64,000 nucleotides of DNA, taken from positions 1,595-65,594 of the forward strand of contig JAOMCC010000001.1 in NCBI GenBank assembly GCA_028344855.1. The letters run 5' to 3'. Below the pieces are notes generated by a model, which did not search any database, was not told where the DNA came from, and saw nothing but the letters and a program-made list of their open reading frames with translations. Positions 50,317 through 60,613 of this stretch are shown here, piece by piece. This DNA comes from Nitrosomonadales bacterium (GTDB lineage Bacteria > Pseudomonadota > Gammaproteobacteria > Burkholderiales > Methylophilaceae). How positions within the stretch are numbered: position 1 is the stretch's first letter; every line of letters starts with the position of its first letter. The position numbers were made by a program, and so were the translations under genes.

Positions 50317-51723
50317 ATGACTGAAATAAGCAACAAAAATCCACATAGCTTAACAACATTATTTTTTACAGAAATGTGGGAGCGTTTTAGTTATTATGGA
50401 ATGAGAGCTTTACTTGTTTTATATCTGGTTAATTCATTGAATTATTCTAATGCTGAAGCACTTCACATATATGCAATTTATACTGGATTAGTATATTTAA
50501 CTCCAATCCTTGGTGGCTATCTCGCTGATAGATATCTAGGTACTCAAAAAACAATTTTTATTGGTGGTATTACTATGATGTTAGGACATTTCTTAATGGC
50601 ATTTCCTAATCTTTTATATTTAGCTATGGGTTTGTTGATAATAGGTAATGGTTATTTTAAACCTAATATAAGTACTTTATTAGGGAAACTATATAAAACC
50701 AATGACACAAGAAGAGATAGTGGATTTAGTATTTTTTATATAGGAATAAATTTGGGTGCTTTTTTAGCACCATTAATAGTTGGTTATGTGGGTGAAACAA
50801 TTAATTGGCATTATGGTTTTGCTATTGCAGGTATTGGAATGCTTGCTGGTTTAATGCAATTTTATTTTGGTCAAAATAAAATTATTGAAGAAGATACTTC
50901 TAAAAAAACCAAAAAATTAGATTCTGGCGACTGGAGAATAATATTATTTTTTTCATTGATTAACGTACCACTAATTTTATTGATTTTTAAAATAAATAGC
51001 TTTATCAGCTTATATATTTATGAAATTCTATTTATATCCTTAATGTATTTATTGATTTTATTTCTAAAGAAAAAAAATAAAATAAATCTAATGAATAATG
51101 ATATAAAAAAAGTGATCTATATTGGTATTCTGTCTTTATTTGTCATCTTTTTTTGGATTGGCTTTGAGCAAGCTGGTGGTTCTTTAACACTTTATGCCAG
51201 TAATTCAGTGGATAGAAATTTATTGGGGTTTATTATTCCGGCATCTTTCTTTCAATCGATAAACCCCTTAATAATAATTATACTTGGTCCTCTAATCGCA
51301 AATTTTTGGTTAAGAATAGATAATAGTAAATATAAAATTAATACTTCTCAAAAAATGGGTCTAGGACTTATTCTTCTCTCGTGTGGTTTCTTTCTTATCA
51401 CCTATGGAAACAACACAAGCGTTTCGTCAATCAGTCTATGGTGGCTTGTAGGGGTGTATTTTTTGCATACACTGGGAGAGCTTTGCCTATCCCCTATTGG
51501 CTTATCAATGGTTACTAAAGTTTCGCCTAAAAAAATTGCTTCATTAATGATGGGTTTTTGGTTTTTATCCTCAGCTATTGCAAACTATTCAGCTGGAAAA
51601 TTACCAATAATCTTACAATTAAATAATATAGATTTATTTACATTCTTAACTATTATGTCATTTATGGCAGGAATCTTATTGATTACAATCGCACCATTTA
51701 TGGAAAAATTAATTAAAAATTAA
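50317..51723 (+). CDS. POT-family proton-dependent oligopeptide transporter
   Basis: EMWERFSYYGM, GG..ADR..G, FKPNIS, FQSINP, ELCLSPIGLS. Confidence 0.95.
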   Translation: MTEISNKNPHSLTTLFFTEMWERFSYYGMRALLVLYLVNSLNYSNAEALHIYAIYTGLVYLTPILGGYLADRYLGTQKTIFIGGITMMLGHFLMAFPNLLYLAMGLLIIGNGYFKPNISTLLGKLYKTNDTRRDSGFSIFYIGINLGAFLAPLIVGYVGETINWHYGFAIAGIGMLAGLMQFYFGQNKIIEEDTSKKTKKLDSGDWRIILFFSLINVPLILLIFKINSFISLYIYEILFISLMYLLILFLKKKNKINLMNNDIKKVIYIGILSLFVIFFWIGFEQAGGSLTLYASNSVDRNLLGFIIPASFFQSINPLIIIILGPLIANFWLRIDNSKYKINTSQKMGLGLILLSCGFFLITYGNNTSVSSISLWWLVGVYFLHTLGELCLSPIGLSMVTKVSPKKIASLMMGFWFLSSAIANYSAGKLPIILQLNNIDLFTFLTIMSFMAGILLITIAPFMEKLIKN

Positions 51724-51726
51724 ATA

Positions 51727-52866
51727 ATGAGTAAATATAATTTCGATAAAATAATAGATCGACAAAAAACAAATTCAATGAAATGGGATCGTTATGCTCC
51801 ATCTGTAATTCCATTATGGGTTGCAGATATGGATTTTGAATCCCCTCCCTGCGTTATTGAAGCTATGAACAATCGAGTGAATCATGGAATTTATGGCTAT
51901 CCATCAGAACCAAAATATTTTAAAAAAAATATAGTTAGTTATGTTAAAAAACACTACGATTGGGAAATTGAAGAGAATTGGGTGGTAATTATTCCAAGTG
52001 TTGTATCTGCTTTATATTCAATTGCAATTAATTGTACTAAAAATTCCTCTCATATCATTACTCCAAGACCAGTTTACCATCACCTTAGATTAGCGGCAGA
52101 GCAGTCTAGAAGAAATTTTGATGAAGCTGAGCTTGTAACTATAGAAAATCGTCAAGTCTTATCTCTCAAAAGTTTAAATAAAGTAGTTAAAAATAAGACA
52201 GAGCTTTTGTATTTTTGTAACCCACATAATCCGGGAGGTACTGTTTACAGAAAAAATGAATTAGATAACATTATTGATTTCTGTAGTGAGCATGAGCTCT
52301 TTATTTGTTCAGATGAAATTCATGCTGGAATGGTTTTAGATAATAAAAAACATATCCCCATTGCGAGCATCTCTGAGATAGCAGCTAATCGAACAATAAC
52401 TCTAATGTCACTTAATAAAACATTCAATTTTCCTGGGGCTGGACTCGGATGGATGATCTGCAAAAATGAAGAACTAAGAAAAAGAGCTTCTCATGGGCTT
52501 GGTTCAATTATCCCAAATGCTGAAATTTTTGGTTATATAGCGACCGCTACAGCTATGCAAAATGGTAATGAATGGAGATTAGCTTTACTGGAGTATCTTA
52601 AAAAAAATAGACAATTATTAATCGAAAATATTAATCAAATTCCTGGCTTAAGCCTTTATGATATGGAAGCAAGTTATCTTGGCTGGATTTCATGTGAGAA
52701 ATTATCATCAAAAGATTCCTTTCAACTATTTTTAGACAATGGAGTTGCTCTTCAACCAGGCTATATGTTTAATCAATCAAATCATGTCCGCATCAATATA
52801 GCGACTCCTCATTCTATTCTTTCAGAAGCATTAAATAGAATGAAAGATGCAATTCAATTGATTTAA
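51727..52866 (+). CDS. MalY/PatB-family PLP-dependent C-S lyase
   Basis: PLWVADMDF, CNPHNP.G, SDEIH, KTFN..G. Confidence 0.92.
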   Translation: MSKYNFDKIIDRQKTNSMKWDRYAPSVIPLWVADMDFESPPCVIEAMNNRVNHGIYGYPSEPKYFKKNIVSYVKKHYDWEIEENWVVIIPSVVSALYSIAINCTKNSSHIITPRPVYHHLRLAAEQSRRNFDEAELVTIENRQVLSLKSLNKVVKNKTELLYFCNPHNPGGTVYRKNELDNIIDFCSEHELFICSDEIHAGMVLDNKKHIPIASISEIAANRTITLMSLNKTFNFPGAGLGWMICKNEELRKRASHGLGSIIPNAEIFGYIATATAMQNGNEWRLALLEYLKKNRQLLIENINQIPGLSLYDMEASYLGWISCEKLSSKDSFQLFLDNGVALQPGYMFNQSNHVRINIATPHSILSEALNRMKDAIQLI

Positions 52867-54690
52867 TTAATCTCCAATAAATCCTCCACTTTGGTGTTGC
52901 CATAATTGATAATATAAGCCTTTTTTCTTGATAAGCGACTTATGATTTCCCTCTTCTATGATTTTTCCATTATCCATTACAATTAATCTATCCATTGCAG
53001 CAATAGTCGATAATCTATGTGCAATTGCAATTACTGTCTTACCTTTCATAAGGATATCTAAGCTTTCTTGAATAATAATTTCTACTTCTGAGTCTAGTGA
53101 ACTTGTAGCCTCATCTAGAAGTAAGATAGGTGCATTTTTAAGAATTACTCTTGCAATTGCAATTCTTTGTTTTTGGCCCCCAGATAGCTTAACTCCTCTC
53201 TCACCAACTAATGATTTATATCCCACATTGTCATATTGATCTTTCAAATCTAATATAAATTTATGCGCTTGAGCTTTTTTAGCGGCTAGAACAATTTCTG
53301 CGTTAGATGAACTTGGCTTACCGTAAGCAATATTTTCTTCAATAGAGCGATGAAGAAGTGATGTGTCCTGAGTTACCATTGCAATGCTTGATCTCAAACT
53401 ATCTTGAGTGATTGAATTGATATTTTTATTATCAATTAAAATTTCACCTTTATCTAAATCATAAAATCTGAGTAAAAGATTAATTAATGATGATTTCCCA
53501 GCTCCAGATCTTCCGACAATACCAACTTTTTCTCCATTCTGGATATGGAGATTAAAATTGTTAAAGAAGCTTGGATTATTTTGATATGAAAAATAAATAT
53601 TTTTAAATATGATCTGTGCATTTTTAACATTTAATTTTGAAGCATTTGGCTTATCATTGACCACTTGTTTTTTAGAAAGCATATTGAGGCCATCTTGAGC
53701 AATACCAATTTGCTCATACAAAGAAGTCATTTCCCACATGACCCAATGTGATATCCCATTTAATCTTAACGACATAGCAGATGCTGCAGCCACAACTCCA
53801 ATAGCAATTTCATTATTTGACCAAAGGAAAAGAGCCGTTCCAGTTGTAGATAAAATTAAAAACATACTTAAAAAATGATTAATAATTTGAATTACTGACA
53901 CCTTACGCATTTGAAGTTTGACAGTGAGTAAGAATTCTTCCATTGCATTTTTTGCATATTTAGATTCTCTTCCAGCATGCGAAAAAAGCTTAACAGTATT
54001 AATATTGGTATATGCATCAGTTATTCGACCTGTCATAAGTGATCGAGCATCAGCTTGATTTTTTGAAAGCCTTGCAAGTTTAGGAATAAAATAAAATAAA
54101 GTTAAAATGTAAAGCGTGAGCCATATGAGGAATGGAAAATATAACAAAGTATTTAAATTCCCAACCAAAAGGATCATGGTAGTTATATAAACTACTACAT
54201 AGACTAAGATATCAGATAAAATAAACCACATATCTCTTAAAGCAACAGCAGTTTGCATTACTTTTGCAGCGATACGTCCAGAGAACTCATTATTGTAAAA
54301 ATTAATACTTTGATTTAATAGTAATCTATGAAAATTCCACCTCATTCTCATTGGAAACGATCCTGCAAGAGCCTGATGCTTTATCATAGTTTGTATGGCA
54401 ACAAAAATTGTACTTCCGATTAATATAGCTGCTATAAGAAATAAAAAGTCCAAATTATTATTAAAAAATTGACTAGGTTCACTCTCAACCATTAGATCAA
54501 TTAACTTTCCCAGAACAGCGTAAAGAATTGCCTCAAAACTTGCAATCGATGCCGTTAAAACAGACATAAGAACTATATATAATTTAATATCTTTTATACA
54601 TAACCATGCAAAATTAAATAAAGATTTAGGTGGTGTTTGTATTAGACTCTTTGGAAAAGGACTGATTAATTTTTCAAACCATTGCAACAT
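52867..54690 (-). CDS. ABC exporter, fused permease/ATPase
   Basis: GRSGAGKS, LSGGQKQR, LLDEATS, AHRLST. Confidence 0.95.
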   Translation of the reverse strand: MLQWFEKLISPFPKSLIQTPPKSLFNFAWLCIKDIKLYIVLMSVLTASIASFEAILYAVLGKLIDLMVESEPSQFFNNNLDFLFLIAAILIGSTIFVAIQTMIKHQALAGSFPMRMRWNFHRLLLNQSINFYNNEFSGRIAAKVMQTAVALRDMWFILSDILVYVVVYITTMILLVGNLNTLLYFPFLIWLTLYILTLFYFIPKLARLSKNQADARSLMTGRITDAYTNINTVKLFSHAGRESKYAKNAMEEFLLTVKLQMRKVSVIQIINHFLSMFLILSTTGTALFLWSNNEIAIGVVAAASAMSLRLNGISHWVMWEMTSLYEQIGIAQDGLNMLSKKQVVNDKPNASKLNVKNAQIIFKNIYFSYQNNPSFFNNFNLHIQNGEKVGIVGRSGAGKSSLINLLLRFYDLDKGEILIDNKNINSITQDSLRSSIAMVTQDTSLLHRSIEENIAYGKPSSSNAEIVLAAKKAQAHKFILDLKDQYDNVGYKSLVGERGVKLSGGQKQRIAIARVILKNAPILLLDEATSSLDSEVEIIIQESLDILMKGKTVIAIAHRLSTIAAMDRLIVMDNGKIIEEGNHKSLIKKKGLYYQLWQHQSGGFIGD

Positions 54691-54725
54691 TTAAATTGAG
54701 TACTCCTAAAAAGATAAATATTTAC

Positions 54726-55121
54726 TTAATTAAAAATTATTATTAGAGATAATATTAATTGAAGAACAAAAATGCAAACAGAAAGAAAATGAAGAAAAGT
54801 AAATATTTTTTTTGCATTCTTAACGCCCTTTAATTCTAAATCTCTATATCTATTAACTTTAGGAGTAATAATAAATTGATTTATAAGAAATCCGAAAAAT
54901 ATAATTATTGACAAACTTTGATCAAATAAATTTGATTCTTGGAAGCTGAAAAAAATTAGTAAGCCAGATAATATAAGACCAAAATTAAATAACCTTGGAA
55001 AAAACATCCTTAAAAAATTTTTGGTGTCATCAGGTGTCAAAATTTTAAAAACAACTGGCGACACTAGAATCATGAAAGAAATCATGGCTCCAAATAATGC
55101 TGCTGCAAGAAAATTTACCAT
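54726..55121 (-). CDS. DUF4149-like membrane protein
   Basis: SPVVF..L......FLR..FP; F..LH..SV. Confidence 0.75.
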   Translation of the reverse strand: MVNFLAAALFGAMISFMILVSPVVFKILTPDDTKNFLRMFFPRLFNFGLILSGLLIFFSFQESNLFDQSLSIIIFFGFLINQFIITPKVNRYRDLELKGVKNAKKIFTFLHFLSVCIFVLQLILSLIIIFN

Positions 55122-55130
55122 CTAATTTTG

Positions 55131-55865
55131 TCAGTCCGCCACAAATTTTAATACAGCACTATTAATACAATAGCGCATGCCGCTTGGTGGAGGGCCATCA
55201 TTGAACACATGACCTAAATGAATCCCTGAGCTTGCGCTTAAAACTTCTATTCTATTTCCATCTTCTTTAAAAACTAGCGATCCAGGTATAGGATCAAAAA
55301 AACTTGGCCAACCAGTCCCGCTTGTAAATTTTGTGTCACTTCTAAATAGCTTTTCCCCTGTGAGCGGATCAACATAATATCCTGGTTCTTTATTATCTAA
55401 TAAGGAACCACTAAATGCTGGCTCCGTTCCGCTTTCAAAGGCTATTCTTTTTTGCTCAGGGCTAAGAGTTTGTAAGCCAAACCAGCGCCAAAATTCTTGC
55501 TTGTTGCCATCATAACCAGTATATCTTGCAGTTTCTTTTCCATCTTCGAACATTACGATAGTGGGTGTCGCCCACACTGCTTCTGTTAAGCTCCATCCAG
55601 TTGGTGCCTCAAAATTATAGGTTTTATTTATTTTATAATTTGATTTCCAATTATCTGTAACATCTTTATTAAATGCCTTACATGAACCACAAGTCACTGA
55701 CTCATAAACTATAAGCTGCTTTTTAGCTAGTTTAGTTCCGTCTAAAGTTTTTTTAGTAGTATCCAATTTAAGATATTCAGCCTGTGATGTTGATAAAAAA
55801 AATGTAATAAGAAAAAAAAATATAAAGTATTTAGCAAGTTTAAACAATGTTGGTAAAGTTATCAT
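55131..55865 (-). CDS. msrB: Exported thioredoxin-like domain fused to methionine-R-sulfoxide reductase MsrB
   Basis: CGSC and TPT in the Trx domain; GTE.AF, SGTGWPSF, HLGHVF.DGP, RYCINS. Confidence 0.9.
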   Translation of the reverse strand: MITLPTLFKLAKYFIFFFLITFFLSTSQAEYLKLDTTKKTLDGTKLAKKQLIVYESVTCGSCKAFNKDVTDNWKSNYKINKTYNFEAPTGWSLTEAVWATPTIVMFEDGKETARYTGYDGNKQEFWRWFGLQTLSPEQKRIAFESGTEPAFSGSLLDNKEPGYYVDPLTGEKLFRSDTKFTSGTGWPSFFDPIPGSLVFKEDGNRIEVLSASSGIHLGHVFNDGPPPSGMRYCINSAVLKFVAD

Positions 55866-56083
55866 AAATTTCCTAATTTAATTTTGAATTTGGTAATAAA
55901 TCATGAATTTCTAAGAGAGCAATTTTCTAACAAAGTTCTAAAATTTTTAAAATTAATAATAACTTATACATAATTAGTGCAAAAATTAATAGGATACAAA
56001 TATAAAAAGTATTATAATTCCGCTGAACTATATCGTAAAATATTTATCGAAAACATCAGGGAAAACTTAGAATTGGTATTAAG

Positions 56084-57406
56084 ATGGATAAAATAGACGT
56101 AATCATCATTGGTGCTGGAATAGCTGGGATAACTACAGCCTATTACTTACAAAAAAACTTTCCTAACATTACATATAAAATAATGGAGTCAAGGAGCGAT
56201 CTTGGTGGTACTTGGGATCAAATGAAGTTTCCTGGTGTTCGTGCAGACAATGATATGTATACCTATGGATTTAGTTTTAATCCTTGGCAAGGGTCAATAA
56301 TAGGCAAAGGTCAGGAGATTAAAAGATATATAAATGACACTGCAGAAAAATTTAATATTAAAGAACACATATTATTAGATACGCAGGTTACAGCATTATT
56401 TTGGAAGAATAATCAATGGACAACAAAAACTAATCATAAAAATTTTACTAGCCAATATGTGATTTGCTCTACTGGATCACGTGATCGTAAAAATCCTCAT
56501 TTACCAAAATTTAAAAACGAAAACAAATACCAAGGAAAAATTGTACATACCCAAGCTTGGGGAAATACAGACTATAAAGATAAAAATGTAACTATTATTG
56601 GAAGCGGATGCACTGCTATAACTATGGCACCATCCATAATAAAAGAAGCAAAAACGGTAACATTAGTTCAGCGGAGTCCTGCATGGATAATAAATATTGA
56701 TAGCCAAGAAAAATCATCTCGAAGTTATAAAACATTTGAAGTCTTAAAAGATTATATATTTAGTAGGTTTTTTAAAAAGTCGCTTAGAAAGAAAATAATA
56801 GCTACCGATCCTTATTATGATGAAACTACCACCCCCTCATATGATTACTGGGACCAGCGCCCTGCTTCTAGTTTAGATCAAGATTATTTTAGAGCTGTTG
56901 AATCAAACAAAGTATCAATAGAACGCCAAGGAATTAGTAACTGGGAAACAACTGGCGTTAAATTACAAAATGGAAAAGTTATCCATAGCGATATTACAGT
57001 CATGGCGACAGGTGGTAATGCACAATTACTAGGTGGTATTGATATTTTTGTTGACGATAAAAAAGTAAATATCAATGGTACTAGTTGGTACAGGGGAATG
57101 ATGTTTAGTGGAATACCAAATCTTTTTGCTCATGCTGGGTATATTAATTTTAGTTGGACTGCTAGATGTGAAATAGTTAGTCGGCGTATTTGCAAAACAA
57201 TCGACTACATGCAGAAAAAGCAATTAACAAGCTGCACCCCAAAATATTTAGGTGAAAAATCAAAGCCATCAATACAGGCAAATTATGTATTACGAGCAAT
57301 GGACCAGTTTCCTAATAGGACTTATAAATTTTATCAAAATTACTTAGTAGAATATTTAATTTTTAAATGGACAAAAATTAACGACGGAGCGGTAGATTTT
57401 AAATAA
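56084..57406 (+). CDS. Flavin-dependent monooxygenase (BVMO/EthA-like)
   Basis: GAGIAG, GGTW...FPG.R.D, G.IVH.Q.W fingerprint, GSG.TA, ATG. Confidence 0.88.
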   Translation: MDKIDVIIIGAGIAGITTAYYLQKNFPNITYKIMESRSDLGGTWDQMKFPGVRADNDMYTYGFSFNPWQGSIIGKGQEIKRYINDTAEKFNIKEHILLDTQVTALFWKNNQWTTKTNHKNFTSQYVICSTGSRDRKNPHLPKFKNENKYQGKIVHTQAWGNTDYKDKNVTIIGSGCTAITMAPSIIKEAKTVTLVQRSPAWIINIDSQEKSSRSYKTFEVLKDYIFSRFFKKSLRKKIIATDPYYDETTTPSYDYWDQRPASSLDQDYFRAVESNKVSIERQGISNWETTGVKLQNGKVIHSDITVMATGGNAQLLGGIDIFVDDKKVNINGTSWYRGMMFSGIPNLFAHAGYINFSWTARCEIVSRRICKTIDYMQKKQLTSCTPKYLGEKSKPSIQANYVLRAMDQFPNRTYKFYQNYLVEYLIFKWTKINDGAVDFK

Positions 57407-57422
57407 TTAAAGGGATACACCT

Positions 57423-58700
57423 ATGAAACTCGAATCAATAGCACTTCATCATGGATACGAATCAGAAAAAAACGACCAAAAAGCAGCGTCAACCCCAATT
57501 TATCAAACTTCTGGATTTACCATTGATGATACACAGCATGGTGCAGATTTATTTGATCTTAAGGTCGAAGGGAATATTTATACAAGAATAGGAAATCCTA
57601 CTAACGATGTTCTTGAAAAAAGAGTGGCTGAAATGGAAGGTGGTATTGCTGCATTATCTCTTGCCTCTGGGATGGCTGCAATTACCTATGCAATCCAGAC
57701 TATTACAAGAGCAGGTGATAATATTGTGAGTACCAATCAGTTATATGGAGGAACATATAACTGTTTTACTCATAGCTTCCCTAAACAAGGCATTAATGTG
57801 AAAATGGTTGATGGGGCTGATTTTAAAGGGATTGATGAAGCAATTGATGAAAAAACCAAGGCTTTGTATTGTGAGTCAATTGGTAATCCTTTAGGAAATA
57901 TTATTGACCTAGAGAAGTTTGCAGCTATTGCTCATAAACATGGTATTCCTTTGATTGTAGATAATACTGTAGCCACACCTTATTTATGTAGACCTATTGA
58001 TTTTGGTGCAGATATTGTTATTCATTCCCTTACAAAATATATAGATGGCCACGGAGCAACGATTGGTGGAATTATTGTTGACTCTGGAAAATTTGATTGG
58101 GCAAAAGAACCTAAAAAATATCCTATGCTGAATGAACCAGACCCCTCTTACCATGGAGTTGTATATACCAAAACATTTGGACCTGCTGCTTTTATTGGCT
58201 GTTGTCGTGTCGTTCCTTTGAGAGAAACAGGAGCATGTTTGTCTCCAAATAACGCCTATATAATAATGCTTGGGCTTGAATCATTAGGGGTAAGGATGGA
58301 GCGACATTGTGAAAATGCACTTGCGTTAGCAAAATATCTAGAAAACCACGATCGTGTGGAATGGGTAAATTATGCTGCTCTACCAAATGATAAATATAAT
58401 GATGTGTGTAAAAAAATTACGAATGGTCAAGCATCGGGTATTATAAGTTTTGGCATCAAAGGTGGAAAAAATGCAGGAGCTAAATTTATAGATGCGCTTC
58501 AAATGATTTTGAGAGTGCTTAGTATGGGAGATGCTAAATCACTTGCTTGTCACCCAGCATCAACTTTACATAGACAATTAACTTCAGAACAAAAAGCCTT
58601 AGCAGGTGTAAGTGAAGATCTGGTAAGAATTTCAGTTGGTATTGAGCATATTGATGACATTATTCAGGATGTTGAGCAAGCCATTGATGCTTCAAAATAA
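57423..58700 (+). CDS. metY: O-acetylhomoserine aminocarboxypropyltransferase/sulfhydrylase (MetY family)
   Basis: PIYQT, GNIYTRI.NPT, ASGMAA, VDNT.ATP, HSLTKY, GDAKSL..HPAST.H.QL. Confidence 0.92.
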   Translation: MKLESIALHHGYESEKNDQKAASTPIYQTSGFTIDDTQHGADLFDLKVEGNIYTRIGNPTNDVLEKRVAEMEGGIAALSLASGMAAITYAIQTITRAGDNIVSTNQLYGGTYNCFTHSFPKQGINVKMVDGADFKGIDEAIDEKTKALYCESIGNPLGNIIDLEKFAAIAHKHGIPLIVDNTVATPYLCRPIDFGADIVIHSLTKYIDGHGATIGGIIVDSGKFDWAKEPKKYPMLNEPDPSYHGVVYTKTFGPAAFIGCCRVVPLRETGACLSPNNAYIIMLGLESLGVRMERHCENALALAKYLENHDRVEWVNYAALPNDKYNDVCKKITNGQASGIISFGIKGGKNAGAKFIDALQMILRVLSMGDAKSLACHPASTLHRQLTSEQKALAGVSEDLVRISVGIEHIDDIIQDVEQAIDASK

Positions 58701-58712
58701 TTAAAATTTAAA

Positions 58713-59093
58713 TTACTGTTTATTTTTCTCTTCCTCAAATGCTATTTGACAATGTTTAAGTTTGTTAAAACGATACTTTGCAAATTGCTTATAAAGATAT
58801 TTTGCAAGTTGATAAATAATAGGAAGAGAAATAATAAGATTTAAATATTTAAAATAAGGTAATTTCTTCCAAATAACGATGAACGCATCCACTCCTATAT
58901 AAAAATTACCTTCGCTATCTTTTACATGAAGATATAAAAGTGCATCCACTAATTTAATATTTGCAAGCTTTAAATCTAATTTTGAAGATGAAATCCCCAG
59001 CCAATTTAATGAGTTTTTTGGGGCAATTTTTTTATAAAAATTAATTTCTTTAGAACAAATTTTACATCTATCATCATAAAAGACAGAAAGCAT
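58713..59093 (-). CDS. DCC/DUF393 thiol-disulfide oxidoreductase-family protein
   Basis: FYD..C..C..E, G.DAF..IW. Confidence 0.85.
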   Translation of the reverse strand: MLSVFYDDRCKICSKEINFYKKIAPKNSLNWLGISSSKLDLKLANIKLVDALLYLHVKDSEGNFYIGVDAFIVIWKKLPYFKYLNLIISLPIIYQLAKYLYKQFAKYRFNKLKHCQIAFEEEKNKQ

Positions 59094-59111
59094 AAATTTT
59101 AACTCCTTGTT

Positions 59112-60611
59112 TTATATATATTTTTTAGTCTTTTGTTTTATAAAATTATTAGCTTTATTAAAAATAATTTTTTTTCTCCCAGGATCCATTCTATTGAGTG
59201 AATTACATATAATCGAAAGTCTAGGGTTTTTCTTAAAAAATGATTCGTTATCAGATATAAAGCTCCAATAAAGACCATCTAATACTTCACACCACTCCCC
59301 TTTTTTATAATTACTCATTTTTAAAATATAATTTGATCCACAAGAATAAGGTTTGGTAGCAAATAATCCTCCATCAGCGAAAGTTCCCATTCCATAAACG
59401 TTAGGTGTCATTACCCAATCTGCTGAATCAACAAACATCTCCATAAACCATTTATAAATTTGAGCAGGGTGAATTCTAGATAGATTCATTATATTTGCAA
59501 CAATCATTAACCTTGGAATATGATGAGTATATCCATAGTTAACACAATCCTTGATAGTATCATCAAGAGGAATAATGCCTGTTGTGCCTTCATACCAATC
59601 TTTTGTCAAATCTCTATCATGATTCCAAAAATTTCCATTTGATTCATCTTGGCCGTTTAGATTATAAATTCCCCTAATAAACTCTCTCCAACCTATAACC
59701 TGTCTAATAAATCCCTCAAGAGAATTTAAAGAAAATTGTTTTCTTTGATGATAAATAAAAGTTTTTTTTATAATCTCTTGAGGAGTTATTAAACCCATAT
59801 TCAAAACAGGACTTATAGCACTATGAAATAAAAAATTATTATTTAAATCTATAGCATCCTCATATTTACCAAAATTTTCAAGTTTATTTTCTAAAAAATC
59901 ATCAAGCAATTCCAGTGCTTGTTCTCTATTGAAAGGTACCCAATGATTTTTTGTAGTTCCTGGATGATCTTTAAATTTTAAATTAACTATTTTTTCTAAA
60001 TCATCTAAATAAATAGAAGATCTATTTTTTGGTTTTTCTGGAAGATTTATATCTTTTGGTAATTTTTTTCTATTATCAGCATCAAATGACCATTTACCTC
60101 CAATCGGCTTACCTTTTTCATCTAACAATATTTGTAAATCTTTTCTCATCATTTGATAAAAAAAAGCCATTCTAAGAGTTTTATTATTATTTGAAAATTT
60201 CAAAAATTTATCTCTTGAACAAAAAAACATCGGAGAAGGTATTATCGAAAATTTAATAGAATTTGTAACTAGAAGATTTTTTATTTTTTTTTCAAATAAA
60301 TAATCTTCTATTTCGAAGAAAAAAACCTCATCAATCTTTTCTTGTTTTAATACTTTTAATAACTTTAATTCGTATGGCTTAATAAATTCATTGTCTTCGA
60401 TTGAATTATAAAATACTTTAAATCCTTTTTTTATTAATTCATCTCGGTATTCCCTCATAGCAACTAAAAAATTCAAAATTTTTAATTTATGATTTTTAGG
60501 TTCAGAACATAAGTCCTTATCTTCTGCCATAAATATAAATATTGATCCTTGTTTTTCAATTTCACTAATAGGAAATAATTGATTACCTAATATTATTTGA
60601 AGTTTTTTCAT
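59112..60611 (-). CDS. PhrB/CryB-type cryptochrome/(6-4) photolyase, apparently lacking the Fe-S cluster
   Basis: ILGNQLF, GGKWSFD.DNR, FG.YEDA, EGFIRQ.IGWREF, HHI.RLM, KPY; start at MKKLQ preferred. Confidence 0.9.
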   Translation of the reverse strand: MKKLQIILGNQLFPISEIEKQGSIFIFMAEDKDLCSEPKNHKLKILNFLVAMREYRDELIKKGFKVFYNSIEDNEFIKPYELKLLKVLKQEKIDEVFFFEIEDYLFEKKIKNLLVTNSIKFSIIPSPMFFCSRDKFLKFSNNNKTLRMAFFYQMMRKDLQILLDEKGKPIGGKWSFDADNRKKLPKDINLPEKPKNRSSIYLDDLEKIVNLKFKDHPGTTKNHWVPFNREQALELLDDFLENKLENFGKYEDAIDLNNNFLFHSAISPVLNMGLITPQEIIKKTFIYHQRKQFSLNSLEGFIRQVIGWREFIRGIYNLNGQDESNGNFWNHDRDLTKDWYEGTTGIIPLDDTIKDCVNYGYTHHIPRLMIVANIMNLSRIHPAQIYKWFMEMFVDSADWVMTPNVYGMGTFADGGLFATKPYSCGSNYILKMSNYKKGEWCEVLDGLYWSFISDNESFFKKNPRLSIICNSLNRMDPGRKKIIFNKANNFIKQKTKKYI

Positions 60612-60613
60612 AA

